From Oligoflexales bacterium (GTDB taxonomy: Bacteria; Bdellovibrionota_B; Oligoflexia; Oligoflexales; RGVZ01), in the NCBI GenBank assembly GCA_947468665.1, contig CANILH010000001.1, positions 23,683-87,682 of the forward strand: DNA of 64,000 bases, in the 5' to 3' direction. How positions within the stretch are numbered: position 1 is the stretch's first letter; every line of letters starts with the position of its first letter. Below, piece after piece: positions 60,863 to 64,000 of this stretch. Position numbers and translations under genes: made by a program. The notes beneath the pieces were generated by a model that saw only the letters and a program-made list of their open reading frames with translations, searched no databases and had not been told where the DNA came from.

Positions 60863-61467
60863 AGGACCCCTCCCGCCAACATGACATGAGTGAATTTTTG
60901 GCTACTTTTAAGTCGTTCGACAATGCCACTGATGACGGCGACCGGAACGCCGGGGTCCGGAAGCACGACTACAAGCCCGTCAGCGCGAATGCTTAAGCGG
61001 TTTTTGCGGTCCAGCATCCATTCGTCGGCTTGAACTAATAAGCTGGCTACTTGTGGCGACCCTTCCCTGTGGGGGACGATAAATTTATTGCGAACGTCAT
61101 CTCGATGCGCCGTAAACGCGACGAGATCGCCAAAAATCATTTCTCCCGGCGTGACAGCGATTATCAACGTGGAGGAACTAATGCTGGCAACTGTTTTCTC
61201 TGCGAAATGATGTGCGCCCCTATCAGTGAAAGGAAGCGAAACGAGTGGAATATCCAATGTAATAAGCCCAAAACTCCCGCCGAGCGTAATGGCGCGCGAA
61301 GCGTAGGCCAAAATAACCAATAGGGAGCAAAGAGATAGCCATGATAAGGCCGAGTCGGATATGACTGACTCAGATAATCTCTTCTTCGTCCCTGATATCT
61401 TCGACAGCAGTATCGGCGAAGTTTGCATCTGGCGCGGCTCCTTCATTTGGGGTTGGGGAGGGTACAT
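60859..61467 (-). CDS. ExbD/TolR-family protein (first copy; real start probably ATG 61428 or 61446)
   Basis: TM (LSWLSLCSLLVILAYA), then LIIAVTPGEMIFGD..VVVLPDPGVPVAVISGIVERLKSSQKFTHVMLAG, following the ExbD block order. Every in-frame ATG still overlaps the exbB-like 3' end by at least 59 nt. Confidence 0.6.
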   Translation of the reverse strand: MYPPQPQMKEPRQMQTSPILLSKISGTKKRLSESVISDSALSWLSLCSLLVILAYASRAITLGGSFGLITLDIPLVSLPFTDRGAHHFAEKTVASISSSTLIIAVTPGEMIFGDLVAFTAHRDDVRNKFIVPHREGSPQVASLLVQADEWMLDRKNRLSIRADGLVVVLPDPGVPVAVISGIVERLKSSQKFTHVMLAGGVL

Positions 61468-62161
61468 AGCTCGGAGCCACTACCGAGTTCATCGCAGCAG
61501 CGGGACCTGCCATCGCTACGGGCATAAAGCTTGCTAATTCGGGTGGGACTAGCAGATTATTGAGGACAGTCACCCCGTGATGCATTTTTTCTGTTAACCG
61601 AATACCCATGCCGCGCACGATGTAGTAGCCGACCAGAATGACCATACTTAAAAGAATTCCGAACGCAGCTGGATTAAGCGCTCGCGCGATCTCGATGCCA
61701 AGGCTGGCCTGCTTCTGAGCGGTATCGAGTACGCTCACCGCGTGAAAGGTATTCCAGAGAGAGTCAATCGCCCCCAGGACTCCGGTTAATAGAATTAATG
61801 TCGACAGCGCCATCAATCCGCCAATACGGGACTCGATGCGAGGAAGAAAATCGATTGTCTCCTCCTCGATCACGCCGCGAATAGTTGTGGGATCACGCTC
61901 TGCCGCCTCAAGTGCGCGGCGCGCGATCGCGGGAAGAGAGGTGTTACCCACACTCTTGCAAAAACTCAGCGCGCGGCTGGTGTCTTCGGCCTGAAGCAGC
62001 TTTTTCAGATTCGACAGAAAACGGCCGAAATCAAGGTGATACACGAACTGAAGCATGATGATTCTCTCGAATACAATGGCCGTACCGAGGAAGCCAAAAA
62101 AAAGAATCGTAGAAAGATAAATATTTCCACGTTGGAAACTAGCTGCAATTTCACCAAACAT
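61370..62161 (-). CDS. MotA/TolQ/ExbB-family proton channel protein with an acidic C-terminal extension
   Basis: 263 aa with three TMs. Family-typical core LILLTGVLGAIDSLWNTF..LGIEIARALNPAAFGILLSMVILVGYY. GGAGGGG RBS. Pro/Ala-rich then acidic tail (..DIRDEEEII). Confidence 0.75.
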   Translation of the reverse strand: MFGEIAASFQRGNIYLSTILFFGFLGTAIVFERIIMLQFVYHLDFGRFLSNLKKLLQAEDTSRALSFCKSVGNTSLPAIARRALEAAERDPTTIRGVIEEETIDFLPRIESRIGGLMALSTLILLTGVLGAIDSLWNTFHAVSVLDTAQKQASLGIEIARALNPAAFGILLSMVILVGYYIVRGMGIRLTEKMHHGVTVLNNLLVPPELASFMPVAMAGPAAAMNSVVAPSYVPSPTPNEGAAPDANFADTAVEDIRDEEEII

Positions 62162-62207
62162 GATCCCCTCCAGTCGTAAACAAAGAGCTGCCTATTCGTC
62201 TGCTATT

Positions 62208-62236
62208 ATTATAACCGTATGCGTGGCGAAGGCCAA
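62208..62236 (-). promoter_or_regulatory. Probable sigma-70 promoter of the exbB-like module (TTGGCC-17 nt-TATAAT on the minus strand)
   Basis: Perfect -10 TATAAT (62213-62208) and a 4/6 -35 (62236-62231) with exactly 17-nt spacing. It lies about 45 nt upstream of the exbB-like ATG. Confidence 0.5.
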
Positions 62237-62295
62237 AAATTTGATCTTTGGTTAAATTTCAAAACACACGGTGTAAGACATGCGATTACAAATGA

Positions 62296-63864
62296 TTAGG
62301 TCTCGTCATCGGATTTTTTAGGGGAGTTTTTTTGTGTGCTGGTCTTCTGCGTTAAGCGCCCACCCTGCCATGCACGGACGAAGGCGCCAACTACGTCCGG
62401 GTCAAAAAGACCCTTTTCCTCGCTCAGCTGCTGGACCGCGGCGCCCTCGTCGATAAATCCGCTGTAGGAACGGCCGCTGACCATAGCGTCAAAAACGTCT
62501 GCTACGGCGACTATTCGCCCAAAAAAAGGAATGTCCTCGCCGGCAAGGCCGTCAGGGTATCCTGAGCCGTCCCACTTTTCGTGGTGGTGCTTTACACCAG
62601 AAATAAAGCGCTTAGCGTTTGGGAGGTGCGCGACAATATTGGCCCCTATGACCGGATGTTGCTTGATTTCCTCATATTCGTCGGGATTGAGTAACGCGGC
62701 CTTGCGGAGTATCGCGTCAGGAACACCAATTTTCCCGATGTCATGGCAAAGAGAGCTCATCAGCAAAAGACGCCTGACATTGCGGTCAAGATTCATCTCA
62801 TCGCCAATCGCCAACGAGTAACGGCTGACGCGCTCCGAGTGGCCGTGAGTATAGGTATCTTTGGCTTCCAGGGTCGCGATCATCGCTTCAATCATGCCGA
62901 CGCTGTAGTTTTCCAGGTCTTGTCTTAAAACAAACGCGTCTATAGAGGGTGCGCAGCGCTCTAGAAAGAATCTCATTTGTTCAAGTTCAAGGTGTTCTTG
63001 TCTTATAGCGACGTTATCCGCTTCAAGGTGAACGACACAGAGTACTTCGCCAAGGTGAATTATCGGGAGTAGGACCCGGTGTCTCGAAACCTCAGTACCG
63101 GCAGGGGTTCCTGGACTTAAGGTTAGTCCCTGTTTTCTGGATATGACACTCTCAAATGCCCTGCGGCTTGAGAAAAAGCGTGTCACAGGGCCCGTATGCC
63201 TCGCCGCGAGAGGAAGCAGGCGCCTGGAGCTCGATGACCACAGAAAAATGGCCGACCGGGAGATCTCTGCGCTAAGAGTATGGAGGCCTTTTAGTGTGTT
63301 CGCGCATAGTTCCTTTAAGTTATCTGATGATAAAATATTTGATTCGATCTCGAATATGCGAGACAAGACGTTCGCCGTCAGTTTGTCGGATGTGATGTCA
63401 AGCCCGTGACCAAGTCTGTTGGCGATGAGAGCCTGATCTCCCGAACTCGCGCTGGGAATGTCAATCGGACCCCCAACCTCGTCTAGCTCGCCGGACATGA
63501 CGAAGTGCTCTAGGTCAGCGATTTCCGTCGAAATGTCGACCTGTGCTTCTGGTGTCAAAAAGACGATTTCTGTATCGCCGACCAGAACTTTGTCGCCGCT
63601 ATTTATTACCGCATTGGAAACGCGGTCGCCATTAAGATAGGTTCCGTTTTTACTCTGAAGGTCTTCAATGATATAGAGCTTGTCACGTTTTTTGATTCTT
63701 GCGTGGAAGCGGCTTGCCTTGTCGTCATCAACTGGGATGATCGAGCTCGTGTCACGACCAATAGTAGCGGGCCAATGCACAATTGTAAGCCGTCGCCCGG
63801 CCTGCTTCCCCCTTGTTAATATTGCGATCGCCAATGCAGACTCCCTAAATAAATTCGCAAACAA
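62296..63864 (-). CDS. FHA domain - central unassigned (GAF-like?) region - HD-GYP domain protein (c-di-GMP phosphodiesterase type)
   Basis: FHA: ATIGRDTSSIIPVDDDKASRFHARI..YIIEDLQSKNGTYLNGDRV. HD-GYP: HGHSERVSRYS, CHDIGKIGVPDAIL, HHEKWDGSGYPDGL. 522 aa. Confidence 0.88.
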   Translation of the reverse strand: MFANLFRESALAIAILTRGKQAGRRLTIVHWPATIGRDTSSIIPVDDDKASRFHARIKKRDKLYIIEDLQSKNGTYLNGDRVSNAVINSGDKVLVGDTEIVFLTPEAQVDISTEIADLEHFVMSGELDEVGGPIDIPSASSGDQALIANRLGHGLDITSDKLTANVLSRIFEIESNILSSDNLKELCANTLKGLHTLSAEISRSAIFLWSSSSRRLLPLAARHTGPVTRFFSSRRAFESVISRKQGLTLSPGTPAGTEVSRHRVLLPIIHLGEVLCVVHLEADNVAIRQEHLELEQMRFFLERCAPSIDAFVLRQDLENYSVGMIEAMIATLEAKDTYTHGHSERVSRYSLAIGDEMNLDRNVRRLLLMSSLCHDIGKIGVPDAILRKAALLNPDEYEEIKQHPVIGANIVAHLPNAKRFISGVKHHHEKWDGSGYPDGLAGEDIPFFGRIVAVADVFDAMVSGRSYSGFIDEGAAVQQLSEEKGLFDPDVVGAFVRAWQGGRLTQKTSTQKNSPKKSDDET

Positions 63865-64000
63865 ATATATTTTTTTCTGTTAAATCAGAGGCATGCTAAC
63901 TCGAAGTGCCCGCCCCTTTGTCGGCGCGGTCAGCTAAAAGGTTGAGGCCTAAGGCCGGAAAATTAAAGATATATCAAATGTAACCGATAGTTATGGCGAT

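Noticed and set aside
62220-62235. Sigma-54-like element TGGCCTTCGCCACGCA (minus strand) upstream of the exbB-like gene
   Set aside because: The GG-N10-GC spacing is right, but both hexamers deviate (TGGCCT, ACGCA). The same DNA gives a much better sigma-70 promoter (TTGGCC-17-TATAAT), and no EBP gene is nearby.

Overview
Origin-proximal window made almost entirely of core genes, from a diderm bacterium with mid-range GC. I recognised no rRNA, tRNA, CRISPR array, transposase, integrase, phage gene or defence gene. The gene content (type-B sdhCAB, atp operon split by parAB, an AgmX/PglI-type TonB_C protein, RpoH) looks deltaproteobacteria-like (Bdellovibrionota/Myxococcota style). That placement is inference only.

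Layout:
- 1-3870 (-): gyrB (partial, missing from the ORF track), dnaN, dnaA. DnaA boxes and AT-rich tracts flank dnaA.
- 4062-14066 (+): atpZ-like, atpI-like, atpB, atpE, a terminator, three perfect or near-perfect parS palindromes, parA, parB, then atpF', atpF, atpH, atpA, atpG, atpD, atpC.
- 14081-16206 (+): a glycosyltransferase and an SDR epimerase-like gene.
- 16276-29016 (-): a condensed dcw cluster, rsmH-ftsL-ftsI-[murE~murD fusion]-ftsW-murC-ftsQ-ftsA-ftsZ.
- 29420-37654: LysM lipoprotein, an AmgK/MurU-like MurNAc salvage pair, a DAG-kinase-fold lipid kinase, rpoH, a uvrD/pcrA-type helicase and yajC.
- 37792-50630 (+): an outer-membrane beta-barrel candidate, a double M16 peptidase, sdhCAB, purSQLF and rph.
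- 50637-63864 (-): a long co-directional array. It holds an FHA-HD-GYP protein, ExbB-like, two ExbD-like genes, an AgmX/PglI-type TonB_C protein, RNase J, a PNP-fold nucleosidase, NUDIX, PP2C, an M23 peptidase, secA and a tail-anchored hypothetical.

Most noteworthy observations:
1. An in-frame MurE-MurD fusion sits in a dcw cluster that lacks mraZ, murF, mraY, murG, murB and ddl.
2. A four-gene PMF-motor-like module (1 MotA/ExbB + 2 ExbD/TolR + a TonB_C protein) resembles the gliding Agl/Glt motor. It has no TonB-dependent receptor nearby, and an FHA-HD-GYP c-di-GMP phosphodiesterase-type gene lies next to it.
3. Three tandem parS sites lie inside a split ATP synthase locus.
4. A 436-nt gene-free spacer between two convergent genes carries internal repeats.

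I see no clear evidence of a wholly new system. The motor/FHA-HD-GYP locus and the Mur fusion are the best candidates for follow-up.
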